From contig OZ024740.1 of NCBI GenBank assembly GCA_964016885.1, positions 218,116,001 to 218,180,000 on the forward strand: 64,000 nucleotides of DNA, in the 5' to 3' direction. The DNA comes from Eledone cirrhosa. Lineage: Eukaryota. The position numbers were made by a program, and so were the translations under genes. Numbering within the stretch: position 1 is the stretch's first letter; each line of letters starts with the position of its first letter. Of this stretch, positions 26,639 to 39,828 are shown piece by piece. Below the pieces are notes generated by a model. It worked only from the letters and a program-made list of their open reading frames with translations. It had not been told where the DNA came from and made no database searches.

Positions 26639-26855
26639 GGTTTCTTATATAGGCACAAGGCCAGTAATTTGGGGGAGGGAAAAGTCGATTAAATCGACCC
26701 CAGTGCGTGACTGGTACTTTATTTTATCGACCCCATAAGGATGAAAGGCAAAGTTAACCTCGGCGGGATTTGAGCTCAGATCATAAAGAGCCGTAACTCT
26801 ATGCTGCAAAGCTTGGCGCCCGACCCTCTACCGATACTGCCAACCCACCGCCCTC
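26639..26855 (-). mobile_element. tRNA-derived SINE (family 1) with 16-bp target-site duplication
   Basis: A-box TGGCAGTATCGG, B-box-like GAGCTCAAATCC, central CCTTTCATCC..GGGGTCGATAAA..AGTACCAG domain; TSD GCTTGCACTATATAAT at 26623-26638 and 26856-26871. Confidence 0.92.
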
Positions 26856-28253
26856 GCTTGCACTATATAATATAGTTCCATTAGTCAGAGTTGGCAGCTT
26901 TTATTAAAATTGTATGGTGTTGTTTGGTTCATAATTTCCCAATGAGTGGTGAAGCTAATGTTAGAGTCATTTAACTGGGTGATATAATTTGCGAGGGAGG
27001 TAGACTATCTAAGCTTCTTATTCCTAAAAGAGTGGATATGTGCTCGAAATCTGGTCTTGAACGCCCCAGAGGTAGCTCCTATGTAAGACTTAACACTATT
27101 AGGACTAGTAACCGTACATCTATAGATAACGTTTTTAGTCAGGCAGTAGCCTCGGAGTGGACAATTTACGGGGTTACGACAATTGCAATATGTATTACGG
27201 TCACCTCTAAGGTGGTGAGTGTTGGTATTAATCGTAATATTATTATTATCACCATCACCATAGCTACTATTATTATAGTTGGCATTATTATAGCTATAAA
27301 CACGGGAAGTGGTGCCATGCCCACCTCTCATGCTACAGCGTCTTCTACAGCCGTTGTTAGAGCTGTTAAGGTTACTAACCCTGTTGTCAGTCTCACTACT
27401 GGTGCAGCAGTTAGTTTCTAATGTGGTGCTATTGTGTAAACCGCTGCTAATACTAAGATACCTATCCTGGTTACTACCATCGTTTTCATGCGGAGAGAGA
27501 GAATTGCTAAGGTTAACCGAGTTGTCATATTCCCTAAAATTCTCATTACTAGGAAGTTGTATACTAGTGAGCTTGTTGTGGTTATTTATTGCTATGAGGT
27601 CTGTTAGATTAGGTGTAGTAGAATAGGAAATGTTTACGTTATTCTTATTGAGGATTTTTCTGTACCTGTGATTAGGTGGAAAGTTCTTCTCTAAGGTGTC
27701 GAAAAAGATTCTGGGTAAATTGGAGGCCACACTCTGAGAGTAACGGGGATGGAACTATAGGACATTACGGTGGCGGTTACGCGTAGTTCTGGGGTTACTA
27801 TGGGCGTTATTGCCTAAGTGGATGTCCCTATCAGGGCTATAGGGCTGCTGTATAATGCGTGTTCTGTTGGCATTATGTCTGAGTGCACAGACAGTCCTAG
27901 TGCGGTGGTTCTCAGTTACCATAGGCGGGTTATTAAGCCTGTAAGCGGGGAATAATTCAAGTAGGCTGTAGTTGCTACTATTAGCCGGACTATGAGGGTG
28001 TAGGTATGGTAATACACCCATCCCGCTAACTTTATGGTTATGATGCGGGCCGTACCTAATGGCACTATTATCTCTTCTAATATTTTTTACGCTATTTGGG
28101 CCGCTGTGGCTTTGGTTATAAGTATGGCTCGCTATAACACTGGTCCAACATGAGGGGGAGGGGCTTTATAGAGCTTGCATCGTGGAGGTATGAAATTTTG
28201 CTATTATAACCTGAATCAGCCAATGCCTTGTTATAACAATCAGCTGTTTGGTT

Positions 28254-28725
28254 GAAGACTTCTTTATTAGAGGGTTCCTACTGGACCAGAACCAATCGTC
28301 CTGATAACTTTGATATCACGATGGGGTCAAGTGACTCGGCGCAGACAACTAACCTGGTCGGACTTTACCTCTTGCACAGACTTAGAGATGAGATCCCTGT
28401 ACTACAAGGAGGTGTATATAGGGACGATGCCCTATTTACCATAAAGAACCATAGCCCCCGTCGGATAGAAAGCCTTAATAAACTTATACACAGATTCTTT
28501 AAATCTTACGGCCTCTCTGTAACAATTGAGCACAACCATAATATAGTTAACTTCTTAGATGTTACTTTAGAATTAGGAACCGGCTTATACAGACCTTATC
28601 ATAAGCCAGGTGAGGTTCTATCTTACATCAATTATGCTTCTAACCACCCTAAATCTACGCTCAACTCTATTGTGTATAGCATCTCACATAAAATCTCAAG
28701 GCTTTCTGCTAATGAAGAACACTTC
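28254..28725 (+). pseudogene. Penelope-like reverse transcriptase core fragment (inverted piece of PLE B)
   Basis: FDITMGSSDSAQ..LVG, GGVYRDD, NFLDVTL, YHKP, SNHP; homologous to the 35738 and 36502 ORFs. Confidence 0.9.
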
Positions 28726-28887
28726 TATGAAAGATCGATGCAGCGCTGTGAAATCTTTCATACATTAATTTCAACTATTCTTATTAATAACTACATTGTT
28801 TCTTTCCAGAGACTATGTTGAAAAATAAACCTCATTTGGTCATTCCATGAGAGTATCTTGGACAGTCTATGAACTTTTTACCCAACC

Positions 28888-30530
<1,643 letters not shown>

Positions 30531-30605
30531 CAGTACTTACAAACAGACCTTGCTGTCAAGAGAGAAATAAATCAATTACATGCCTTGAAAGAAGAGACCA
30601 AATGT

Positions 30606-30667
30606 ATGCAGTTTATACAGTTTATACAGTTTATACAGTTTATACAGTTTATACAGTTTATGCAGTT
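30606..30667 (+). repeat. 9-bp tandem repeat (GTTTATACA)n
   Basis: About six consecutive copies. Confidence 0.9.
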
Positions 30668-30949
30668 GATATAGAAGGGATATATAAATATCGTGTCTGG
30701 GAGAGAAGCTTGGTGATGTGTTATTCAATACGTATAAAAATTAATAATATTTATCCAATGGTAAACACCATAGACAACGACAAAACCTCTGTGGTGTATC
30801 AGTTTACAAGCTAGATATATCTTATAATGGTGTATTGTAGCTGTTTGTCGTTACTGGACAGTGGCTGATGTGATTGTTTGACGTTCAATTACCATGGAGA
30901 CTTAATGTTCGCTGGAAAACTGTCGCTAAAATCCCACAAGAAATCTTTC

Positions 30950-31319
30950 ATTTCTATTCTATTTCACTATCTCCCTTTCTTTTTTACCTTCCTTCTTTCT
31001 TTTCTTTCTTTCTTTTTCTTCTTTCTTTCTTTCTTTCTTCCTATCTTTCTTCTCTTCCCTCTTTTTCTTTCTTTCTTTTTTTCTTTCTTTCTTTTATTAT
31101 CTCCCCTTTCTTTTTTCCCTTCCTTCCTTCTTTCTTTCTGTCTTTCTTTCTTTTTTTCCCCTCAATTTCACTATCTCCCTTCTTTCCTTTCTTCCTTTGT
31201 TTCTTTCTTTCTCTCTTTCTGTCTTTCTTTTCTTCTTTTTTCTTTCTTTTTTTCTTTCTGTTTGTTTTTCTTTCACTATCTTCGTTTCTTTCTTTCATCC
31301 CCTTCAATTTCACTATCTC

Positions 31320-31391
<72 letters not shown>

Positions 31392-31535
31392 TCCTTTTCT
31401 TTCTTTCTTTTTCTTTCTTTCTGTCTGTCCTTCTTTTCTTCTTTCTTTTGTCTTTTTCTTTCTTTCTTTCTATCACTTGTATTTTACTATCTTTCTTTCT
31501 CTTGTATTTCGTTAGCTTTTTCTCTCCCCTCGACA

Positions 31536-31572
<37 letters not shown>
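30950..31572 (+). repeat. Polypyrimidine (TTTC)n/(CT)n tract
   Basis: CT-rich low complexity; motif ATTTCACTATCTC recurs near 30961, 31166 and 31307. Confidence 0.9.
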
Positions 31573-31573
<1 letters not shown>

Positions 31574-31665
31574 ACCTACATCTTTTCCCTTATTTTATGA
31601 ATTTGTTCTTATTGTTTTCTTATTTTAAAACCTGATGATGATATTGCGGTTAATAGCAATGTGGC

Positions 31666-31736
31666 GATGATGATGATGGTGATGGTGATGATGATGATAG
31701 TGATAATGATGATGATGATGATGATGGTGATGATGG

Positions 31737-31771
<35 letters not shown>

Positions 31772-31823
31772 GTGATGATGGTGATGGTGATGGTGATGAT
31801 GGTGATGGTGATGATGGTGATGG

Positions 31824-31861
<38 letters not shown>

Positions 31862-31986
31862 GTGATGATGGTGATGGTGATGATGATGATGATGATGATG
31901 ATGATAATGATGATGATGATGATGATGAGGAGGAGGAGGAGGAGGAGGAGGAGGAGGAGGAGGAGGAGGAGGAGGGGGGGGGGGGG
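31666..31986 (+). repeat. (GAT/GGT)n followed by (GAG)n and poly-G
   Basis: Direct reading. Confidence 0.95.
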
Positions 31987-32223
31987 TCGCTGTTGCTTTA
32001 ATAAATTGGGAAGAGGGAGGAAGAGCAGTACCAATGATACATTTACAGATTCTCAGAGTCTGGTATGAGAAAAAAAAAGAAGTAACGTTTCCTCAGACTG
32101 GAGACTTACAACAGAGTTAACTCTACTAAAGACACGCAAAGGCTAGGAGTGTTGTTAAACTGGACAGCGGATTAAGTCTAACGCCCAAGTACAGGAAACA
32201 GCGCCCTCGGGTTTCACACAATT

Positions 32224-32620
32224 TTCTTCTTCTTCTTCTTCTTCTTCTTCTTCTTCTTCTTCTTCTTCTTCTTCTTCTTCTTCTTCTTCTTCTTCTTCTT
32301 CTTCTTCTTCTTCTTCTTCTTCCTGAGAAGATCGTGGGAGCAGAGTCCTCAAAAACTCCTTCCAACAGGTCCTGTCAGAAGCAACCGTCTCCAACTGATC
32401 TGGCTGGATCCCCAAGTGAGACCAGTGAAGCCAATGGATGTTATCCAACCATCTTGCTTGGGATCCACCACCGGGTCTTCTACCTGTTGCCCATAAAATC
32501 TGTCCAGCAATTTTTTCCTGAGACATTCTAACCACATGCCCATAGTATTGGAACTGTGATCTCCCAGTTCGAAGAAGTAGCGGCTCTACATGGAAAGACT
32601 CTCTAATCTACAAACTACGC
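32224..32620 (-). mobile_element. RTE-like LINE 3' fragment ending in (GAA)n
   Basis: Minus strand YYGHVVRM..KIA.QILW...GRRP.G....RWLDNI...A.DR..W, then a (GAA)n tract at 32224-32322. Confidence 0.75.
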
Positions 32621-32964
32621 CCTTTACCGAGTAAGTTTACTCCAAAGACCCTTCCGAGGAATCTCATTTCGACCAATTGTATTCGCGATCGTATTCTTTC
32701 GGACATTACCCAAGATTCATGATCAACACAATTTTCTTCTACTAAATTATATTCGCAAGGCATTGGTCGCTCCGAAATAGTTGCCTAAAATTTTACGTAG
32801 TAAAATAAAACCAAAGATTGCTTTCTTCTGGAGAACGTCTTAATTTCACAGCCCATAATTTGTAGATGAAATAGAGGAGAAGGAGAGAAAGAAACAGAGA
32901 TAGGGAAATAGGAAGAAAGAAAGAAAGCAAATATTTTATAAGATCAGCCCATTAAGTGCCTAGA

Positions 32965-33053
32965 ATTTAGTGCCATTAAGTGTCTAGATCAGAGATCGAA
33001 CGCGAGATTTCACGTTTGCAAAGCTCAATTCTTAACCATTCGGCTATTCTGCA
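32965..33053 (-). mobile_element. tRNA-like SINE head
   Basis: A-box TAGCCGAATGG and B-box GTTCGATCT on the minus strand. Confidence 0.6.
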
Positions 33054-33472
33054 TCAATGTTCCGAATGTCTGTAATAAAAGACATCAGGATTTCAATTTT
33101 GAATGTCAATCGAAAATACGAGTTATTGATTTTCTGAAATGATCCCGAACAACCTCCACCCTAAATAAACGTTGCTGGACAACTAAATACACAAACTATT
33201 ATATTACTGATAACTTAATAACAAAACTACACAAACCTGCTGTTATAAGCAATAGCCATTATCTAATTAGTCAGCACTAATAAGCATATACTCATGTGGC
33301 GTTATTAATGACTTGGTTTTATTTTACGATATATATTACCTACCGTTCCTTAGCTGTTTAAAGATCCGTCGTCATTAACATATTTTTTCTTAATTTCCTT
33401 GACGTCAATATATAGATTTAATTGGAGATATAAACCACGCGAGATATTTAAAACGTGAAAGTTTTGTAAATG

Positions 33473-33504
<32 letters not shown>

Positions 33505-33663
33505 GGTGGTAGTGGTGGTGGCGACGGCGGTGGTGTTGTTGTTTAATCACGTGATGTTAACTAGAAACAGGACACCTCTTTGGATATAACAGAAATTTTA
33601 GCTGAAAAAGACTTAAAATAATTCTGATTGTCAACATAACTACTTGTAGTATACAACCATCAG

Positions 33664-33733
<70 letters not shown>

Positions 33734-33928
33734 CGTTTTCTATTCTATCATACTCTATTCTGTAAGAGCATAGAGTGCTCAATCGGCATACCGCCTATGG
33801 AAGCATCTTAGCTACCATCAGACATATATATATATATATATGTCTGATGGTAGCTAAGATATATATATATATATATATATACATACAATATATTAACAAA
33901 TGGAAACTATATTTATAAAACCATATTT

Positions 33929-33992
33929 ATTTCATTATACATATTTCAAGGGCCACCAAGGCAAACTATGGTGCGCTTTCATCAGATAAAAT
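33929..33992 (-). ncRNA. Minimal type I hammerhead ribozyme (3' pseudo-LTR of PLE C)
   Basis: Reverse complement of 37392-37455; intact CTGATGA/GAAA core. Confidence 0.8.
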
Positions 33993-34978
33993 ATAATATA
34001 GGTTAGTTTTATAAATAAATATTGACATACCCTGAAATAATGCAACCATTCTGGTTGGAATCTCCTGGATAGTGGAGTTATTAGATTTATTGTTGGTTTA
34101 TTATGCAAATTAGTGTCGGAAAGGTTTAAATAACAGTATATTTAAATTAAGCCGTTGGAATAGGGAAAAAAGAAAGAAAGAGAAAAAAAACGAAAGAAAG
34201 AAAGAGTATATTTAAGTGAGAGAGAATAGCGTAATTTTGAGAGAAGAGGCGAAGAAATGAATATAGCGTGGATGAATACCGTGGCATGGATAAACAATAA
34301 ATAATAATAATATCCGGATTCATTATAATAAGTTGAAGAATTTTATCTAATGTTTAATTAATAAATTTGATTAAATGTTTAATTAATAATTTATCAATTC
34401 AATCCGTAGTTTAAATCTGTATGTTAGATTATTAAAATTGAGACCTATATATTATTAAAGAATATATATTATTAAAATATATATTATTAGAAAATATGTT
34501 ATTATTACAAAACCATATATAATTTTATTAATTATTAATTAATTATTTTAAAAAATGTGTAAGTTTAAAATATCCGAATCTTTCTAAGCCCATGGAAATT
34601 CCGAGAGTTTACAGAAGAATAATCCCTTATTTGTAATAGCAGTAGAGCGTAAAGGAAATTGCTCTTGATTTATTAATAATGTAGATAGCTCTAAGCATTA
34701 AAGTTAAGATGTTAAAAAATTAAATTTTCCATCTTAATAATGTAATTAGAGTATGAATCTTATGTTATTTTATAGCAAGTTATAATTTTATAAATCTACC
34801 TGTTATACAGTTATGACTGTTAAAACATAAATTTGTTTGTTATAACGTCTTAACATTTAAAACTTTTTCATAGGAATATATCTAAAGCATAAACCATAAA
34901 AAAAACTCTTTCATAAGAGTATATCTATAGAATATATTTAAAGTATAAATTTTATTTATATATAAACATTTATATATA

Positions 34979-35069
<91 letters not shown>

Positions 35070-35368
35070 TAAGCATTTGAAAAATATATAAGTATAGAAA
35101 TATAAAATATACAATATAAAATATGAATTATAATTTTAAAAAATATAAGAATATAGAAAATAAAATACACAGTATAAAATATGAATTATGAATTATAATT
35201 TCTTTATACCCATCATAGGAATTTTCAAGAAAATCCTTCTTCAAATCTTTCAGTGCGTTTATCAAGAAAAGTTTTTCAAGAAAAAAATGTTCTTTTAAGA
35301 GAGATATAAGCAGTCTTATGAAGGAATCTAATGAATTATCGATAGGTTTAATAAAGATGAGTTATGTA

Positions 35369-37346
35369 TTACATTTTATATATATATTTAAACATTGAGT
35401 TCAATCTATGTTTGCAAGAACTGAAAAGATTATTCCTTAAATTAACAGAATTCTTACTTTTTAATATAAAGAATATTTCCTCTACACAAAGAGCACAATT
35501 TTCAGAAGAAGCATTGAATGAAGGAGCTTTGGAGATAATATTCCAAAGTAAAGAATAGTTAGTGTTCTTTGATTTTAGGTCCCATAGTAAATTAGATAGA
35601 GAAGTTGAAGATTTTTTATTTATATTCGTAAAAGAGCATTTATGGTTATTAAAACCGGACTTAAAATCTGTGCAGGTAGAGCCTACGTAATTAAATTAAT
35701 TTAATTTAGTTTTTACATTACAATTATATACTATATTTTAAACTAAACAATTGTTATTTAACGGACAGTTAGATTTATTTCTACAGTTACATTTATCAAA
35801 ATTTAAGTTTCTAGGAGCCGTATTATTCAGTTGGATATTGCTGGGGTTATTAATGATTTTTAAGTTTCTATTATTAATTCTATTAATATTCTGCGCTAAA
35901 TTACTGGTGGTTGAATACGTTAATTTTATAGTATGTCTATTAAATATTGAGTAATACCTATGTGTTCTAGGGAAGCATTTATCTAGAGCTTTAAAGAATA
36001 ATTTAGCAATAGGAGTATTAATACTTAATGAGAAAGGAGGAGCGAACCATAATATATTCCTAGTTCTATTTCTTTTTTTGTTTTTCGAATTATTGTAAGG
36101 TTTTCTATTATAGTTGTTAAAATTATGGTTATTTGTCATATCATTATTATCAATGTATTTAATGTTATTACTATATCCAGCTCTACCTAACGCTTCGTTA
36201 TAATATTGCGCTTTATCTTCAAAAATATTCTTATTAGCTGAAATTCTAGAAATACGTTGTTGCACAGAGTTTACTATGGTGTTTTTAACGGATCTGGGGT
36301 GATTGGAATTAAAATTAACGTAGTTTAAGTTCTCGTTTATTTTGTGAAATGGATAATAAAGACCTGTGTTAAGGTTTAAAGTTATATCTAGAAAGTTAAC
36401 TATTTTATAATTATTCTCTATTTCTACTTTAAGATTAAGGTAATTAAAAAATTGTATAATTTCTTTTCTTTTCCTATTTATTTCACAGTTATTATTATTT
36501 TCTATAAGTAATAGCATATCGTCGCCATATAAACCTCCGGTATTTTCCTATGTAGAGTATTATTAATAAAAAGCCCCACAAGATCCGTTATTTGGGCGGA
36601 ATCGGGTGACCCCATAGTGATATCGAAATTACTATCTCTGTCTGCTCTAGTCCAGAGGTGGTTGTTAAATTTAATTAATGTTTTCCGTGCAGTTAAGATA
36701 ATGCGCATTTCATTACTAGTTAATTCTGTATGTTTAAATGCATATGTTAAGTAGATTAGGAGTGATGGATGAGTAATAATTAGCAATATCCAATTGAATA
36801 AACTTATTATTATAGTTATATTTAATATCTTTAAACCAGTCGATAACTTCATTAGTTCCTTTCCATAATTTCAAATAAGATAATTCTTTAATTTGTGGTA
36901 TGATTCTGTCTAAAATGTTCTTGCTAAGTATGCCAAGGTCCGATTTAGATGGTGCAATTAATCTAACTGGTAATTCAATTTCAAAATTCCTTTTATGGTC
37001 CTTCATATTAATTTTTGGTTTCCTTGGCATGAAGGGTTGTGTCCTATTTTCAATGCCTAATTCCTGCATTATGTAAGAAGCTTCTGTATTCAATTTTTCA
37101 AGGTCATCATAGGTTTTTTTTTTTTTTTATTTCTTCCTTAATTCCTTTAATATAAGATCGCTATAAATATCCTTTTGCATTCCATAGAGATTGTTGGTTT
37201 TATCTGACTTGACTAGAATTTTTTCCGTTTTTTCAAAGCTTTCTATATTATTTTTGAGATTTCTTAGGTAATCCTGGCCTATGAAGTTTTTTTTTTTTTA
37301 ATTTAATGCTTTGAATGATAGAGATGATTTCATTTTCAAAATCCAT
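35369..37346 (-). pseudogene. PLE RT + GIY-YIG polyprotein with frameshifts and stops
   Basis: KSDKTNNLY, KDHKRNF..P.RLI.P.K, QLDIANYYSSI, ITMGS, GLYGDD, NFLDITL, WFAPPFS, CNCR..CPL, IVY..YVG.T..FK, CALC..E, CKHR. Confidence 0.92.
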
Positions 37347-37391
37347 TTTCAGGGTATGTCAATATTTATCTATAAAACTAACCTATATTAC

Positions 37392-37455
37392 ATTTTATCT
37401 GATGAAAGCGCACCATAGTTTGCCTTGGTGGCCCTTGAAATATGTATAATGAAAT
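37392..37455 (+). ncRNA. Minimal type I hammerhead ribozyme (inverted 5' pseudo-LTR of PLE C)
   Basis: Stem I ATTTTAT/ATGAAAT, core CTGATGA, stem II AAG..CACCA/TGGTG..CTT, GAAA, short stem III ATA-TG-TAT, AUA cleavage triplet. Confidence 0.8.
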
Positions 37456-37976
37456 AAATATGGTTTTATAAATATAGTTTCCATTTGTTAATATATTGTA
37501 TATTTACTCCAATAATTTGTTGAGTGCTTTATATCAGTTATAAAATATTTTGCTTGTTGTATCCCAACAAATTAAATATATATATATACGCACACACACA
37601 CAACCATGTTGTATACTACAAGTAGTTATGTTGACAATCAGAATTATTTAAAGTCTGTGTGAAATCATTTTGTCGCTCACATCTCACCCATGTCGGATGG
37701 TCTGTATCTCTCGTCCATGAATTCATCAAGCTTAAGCTTATAGATATCATGTACTTGTCTCTTCCTATCTTTCCGTTGCAATACCATCTTTGTTTGTTTA
37801 CATGTCTCGCTCGCTTCACGCTATTTTACTTGTCCCAATAATTTATTTAGTTATTGCTCGCACCAACCAGAGGTATATGATTTTTAAAGCGATGAAATAC
37901 CAATGAAGGTTGGAAGATCACTGATGAAGGACTAATTTTATTCATATATATGTATATATATATTGGTATTTATATG

Positions 37977-38762
37977 TCTACTGTAGTACTAACAACACTG
38001 TTAGAACTCCATGTAGCATGGATCTGAATATCCCAACGAAATATGGTGAAAAGGTTTTGGTTTTTATATTAGATTTTGTTGAATATTCCAATGAACTACA
38101 GAGTCAGGGCTCATATAGTCTAAACCATTCATGCGATTTCTTTGAAATTTTTTACAGAGCTTCTCCTTGCACAAAACATGTACATGATCTACAAAGGTTT
38201 TCAAAAATCGGTATTGGGGCCTTTGGAGACATTAAAAAACTTTCGGTTATTTGTGTGAATTTTCGTGATTAAAAGTAAGAAAAGAGTTATCTTTAAGTAA
38301 GACAAGAGTTATCTTTCGTAATTCGGCTCATTTGGATTTTAATTTACTCTTTGTACTTGAAACAAAAGGTACGCTTCCTTGAGACTAACAATATCATTTT
38401 GTATATTTCACAACCAGCAATTTCTAACAGATTACTAAGTTAAGTTATAGATTTGACATTGTATAATTTATCGTTTCAAGCTTGATGTTCATACATTAAG
38501 TGATGTCATAACTTTTACAATATTATGCTTTGTACATAATAGTGTCTATTATTCACTTCACTTCTCTATTTCATGATGCGCTTTTACTGTTGTCAAAAAA
38601 GACACCGAGCTCACATATTAATTATTTCGCTGGAATAGTACCTAAGGTTTTCATGTTTACATAAAGTACGTTTTTCTTCTATGTATTCAAATTTAATTTG
38701 TTGAGTTTAATGAGCTACATCGAAAGCTACTTGAACCGTCCAAAGGACGGGTAGTTTAGCTA

Positions 38763-38763
<1 letters not shown>
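37977..38763 (+). mobile_element. Non-autonomous Helitron-like element
   Basis: 3' hairpin CCGTCC-AAA-GGACGG (38736-38750) 9 nt before CTAG (38760-38763), then T and (TA)n. The 5' TCTAC start is tentative. Confidence 0.65.
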
Positions 38764-38822
<59 letters not shown>

Positions 38823-38902
38823 ATAAATTAACGGAGCCATAGACTCTCGCTATTTCCTGTCATTAATGTGCTCAAAGGAGACGGAATCCCGAGCCCTTTA
38901 TA

Positions 38903-39289
38903 ATATAATATGTAGAAAAGATAACATACCAGAGAGAGAGATATAGTGCGCCATTAGTCAAACAAGGAAAAACCACCAGTGTATGGAATCTATAGCCCAT
39001 GGAAGGCAAAATAGACACACAATAATTAAAAGTATAACTCAAAGTGCAAATACGTACCTTGATAACTATCTAACACACACGTACAAATCCAACAGGATCT
39101 GTTTCACCAACTAATTTGTTGATAGAAATGATTAGCCTATGGTTCATCAGCGTGTGCACTTTGATTTATACTTTTAATTATTGTCTGTCTACTTTGCCTT
39201 CCATGGGCTATAGATTCCATACACTGGTGGTTTTTCCCTGTTTGACTGATGGCGCACTATCTCTCTCTCTGGTGTGTTATCTTTTCTAC

Positions 39290-39298
<9 letters not shown>
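38903..39298. mobile_element. Fold-back element: ~145-bp inverted arms around a hammerhead ribozyme (inverted pseudo-LTR pair or retrozyme-like)
   Basis: 38903-39048 is the reverse complement of 39155-39298 with scattered mismatches; (TA)n nearby on both sides. Confidence 0.85.
39075..39157 (-). ncRNA. Complete type I hammerhead ribozyme
   Basis: Minus strand: stem I GCACACG/CGTGTGT, CTGATGA, stem II ACCA..GCTAAT/ATTAGT.TGGT, GAAA, stem III ACAGATCC-TGTT-GGATTTGT, GUA triplet. Confidence 0.88.
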
Positions 39299-39379
<81 letters not shown>

Positions 39380-39383
<4 letters not shown>

Positions 39384-39602
39384 CAGTATTAGTTGTAGAT
39401 GCTATCGAGATACGAGTGACATAATAACAGCAGAAATTAGAGATGAAATATACGTTTATTTTTTGATGTAGCACAAACAATGGTGTTGTACAGAGGCTGG
39501 TTTCTGGCGTGTGTTCAGTCGGCTTTTCAATGGCTGTCTGTCTTTTCTTTCTGGCGTTCTCAACCGGCGGTTCTATCAAGGAGCGTGAGGCGTCTTACTA
39601 CA
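39380..39602 (-). repeat. 3' LTR of Gypsy element (LTR type 1)
   Basis: Starts TGTAG on the minus strand downstream of pol; 39380-39466 is nearly identical to 44013-44100, which precedes a PBS. Confidence 0.75.
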
Positions 39603-39828
39603 GTACCTCGAGCCAGATTTTCAAACTATTGAAAATCGATGTCATTACTCACATGTGGAGTAAGATGGCGAACAATGCAACAAGGGGGAGCTATCCGCTC
39701 TAGCAAAAATTGAATCCAGAATAAGGATTTGAAAAATGTTAAAAAAAAAACGACATGCATGCATAAAAAAAACAAGGCAAAGGAAAAGAAGAAACACAGA
39801 GGCAAAAAAAAGGTGCAGCTAACATAGT

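Larger units (their letters stand above)
25645..28725 (-). mobile_element. Penelope-like element B (C-terminal GIY-YIG, probably Nematis-like) with an inverted 5' RT segment
   Basis: Minus strand: YNKALADSGY (28250 downward), CNCR..CPL..CL..NVIY..YIG.T..FKTR..H (27005 ORF), continuing through a SINE to N.R.E..C.HR, stop at 26526. Plus strand 28254-28725 carries the RT core ITMGS/YRDD/NFLDV. Confidence 0.9.
33884..37500 (-). mobile_element. Penelope-like element C (probably Nematis-like), near full length, bounded by 154-bp inverted pseudo-LTR copies
   Basis: 33884-34037 and 37347-37500 are reverse complements (2 mismatches seen); disrupted RT+EN ORF inside; TA-rich flanks. Confidence 0.92.

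Noticed and set aside
35369-35800. Selenocysteine recoding in PLE C
   Set aside because: All conserved Cys codons are TGT/TGC; the interrupting stops are TAA.
37918-37945. CTGATGA as a further hammerhead core
   Set aside because: No stem II or GAAA partner downstream.
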